Assembly (NCBI GenBank): GCA_964276515.1 | Contig: OZ193909.1 | Coordinates: forward strand, 8,060,001-8,124,000 | DNA: 64,000 nucleotides | Direction of reading: 5' to 3' | DNA from: Gordius albopunctatus | Lineage: Eukaryota | Shown: piece by piece, positions 63,321 to 64,000 of the stretch | How positions within the stretch are numbered: the first letter of the stretch is position 1 | How the letters are laid out: every line of letters starts with the position of its first letter | Notes under the pieces: model-generated | Seen by the model: the letters and a program-made list of their open reading frames with translations, nothing else | Databases searched by the model: none | Told to the model about the DNA's origin: nothing | Made by a program: the position numbers and the translations under genes

Positions 63321-64000
63321 CAAAGGCTAAATTCATTTTTTCAAATATATAAAATAATCTAAGTTGTCCTTTTATACGTTTAGGCACCTTGGTTTATTTA
63401 TTACTCTGAAATTGACAGATTTCAAACGTAACAGTATCAAATTTTTCTAAATTTGGAAGTGAAAATTTAAAAATTAAAAACTTTAACGTAATGTAAAGGA
63501 ATTTTATCAATCATTTTTTAAAAATAATCAAGTTTTTATAAGTTCAAGCGCATGTAATCCTTTTAATTATTTGTAGTAAATTTGAAAATGTGTAGTATAC
63601 TAAAATCTGCAATGGCGAAAGGGGGTTACTGTCTCCTTCAGGCCAATGATAACGAGTAAATAATTAAATATCCAATTATCTTGCTACTATTTAAACAGCT
63701 ATATTTTTAAATGTGATGATACTCGAACTTTACAATTCTTTTATTCATTGGTTTTAAATAAATCATCTTTTTAAATTAATTACATATTTTATTTTTAACG
63801 TTTCAATGACTATTTTATATATTTTAAATGTAGATTATATTTAAACAACATTGACTTGAGACAAGAAGATGGGTGGTATTTTAAAATTTAACTAATGTAT
63901 CCTTTGCTTTCGTATTATGAAAACATTTGATCTAATTTCAACAAATATTTTTAAACTAGTTGGATGGCCTTAGTCTATCACAGGGTAGCTTGCGCACAGC

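Overview
AT-rich eukaryotic (invertebrate-like) genomic DNA with short GT-AG introns and one 200-N gap. It holds two spliced host genes on the minus strand. The first is a complete 16-exon cGMP-dependent protein kinase of the PKG-II type (6592-11825, N-terminus MGNGASS). The second is a 3xPAN/apple + ZP-N extracellular-matrix protein (about 41.7-45.3 kb) that appears to lack ZP-C. A decayed spliced gene lies at 3.2-6.2 kb on the + strand. Most of the rest is transposon-derived: three RTE-clade LINE insertions with readable TSDs, many hAT-type MITEs with 8-bp TSDs, a mariner fossil, and at least seven DINE-1/Helentron-like (HINE) elements with internal satellite arrays and tRNA-derived motifs. 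Three observations stand out. (1) A single TSD-flanked insertion at 33830-36373 joins a CRE-clade 3' end and an RTE-clade 3' end back to back with both tails facing outward, consistent with twin priming on two different RNAs. (2) A full-length RTE LINE carries a tRNA(Gln)-derived Pol III head inside its TSD. (3) The HINE elements carry multiple tRNA T-arm/B-box motifs. All coordinates were read by eye and no database searches were run.
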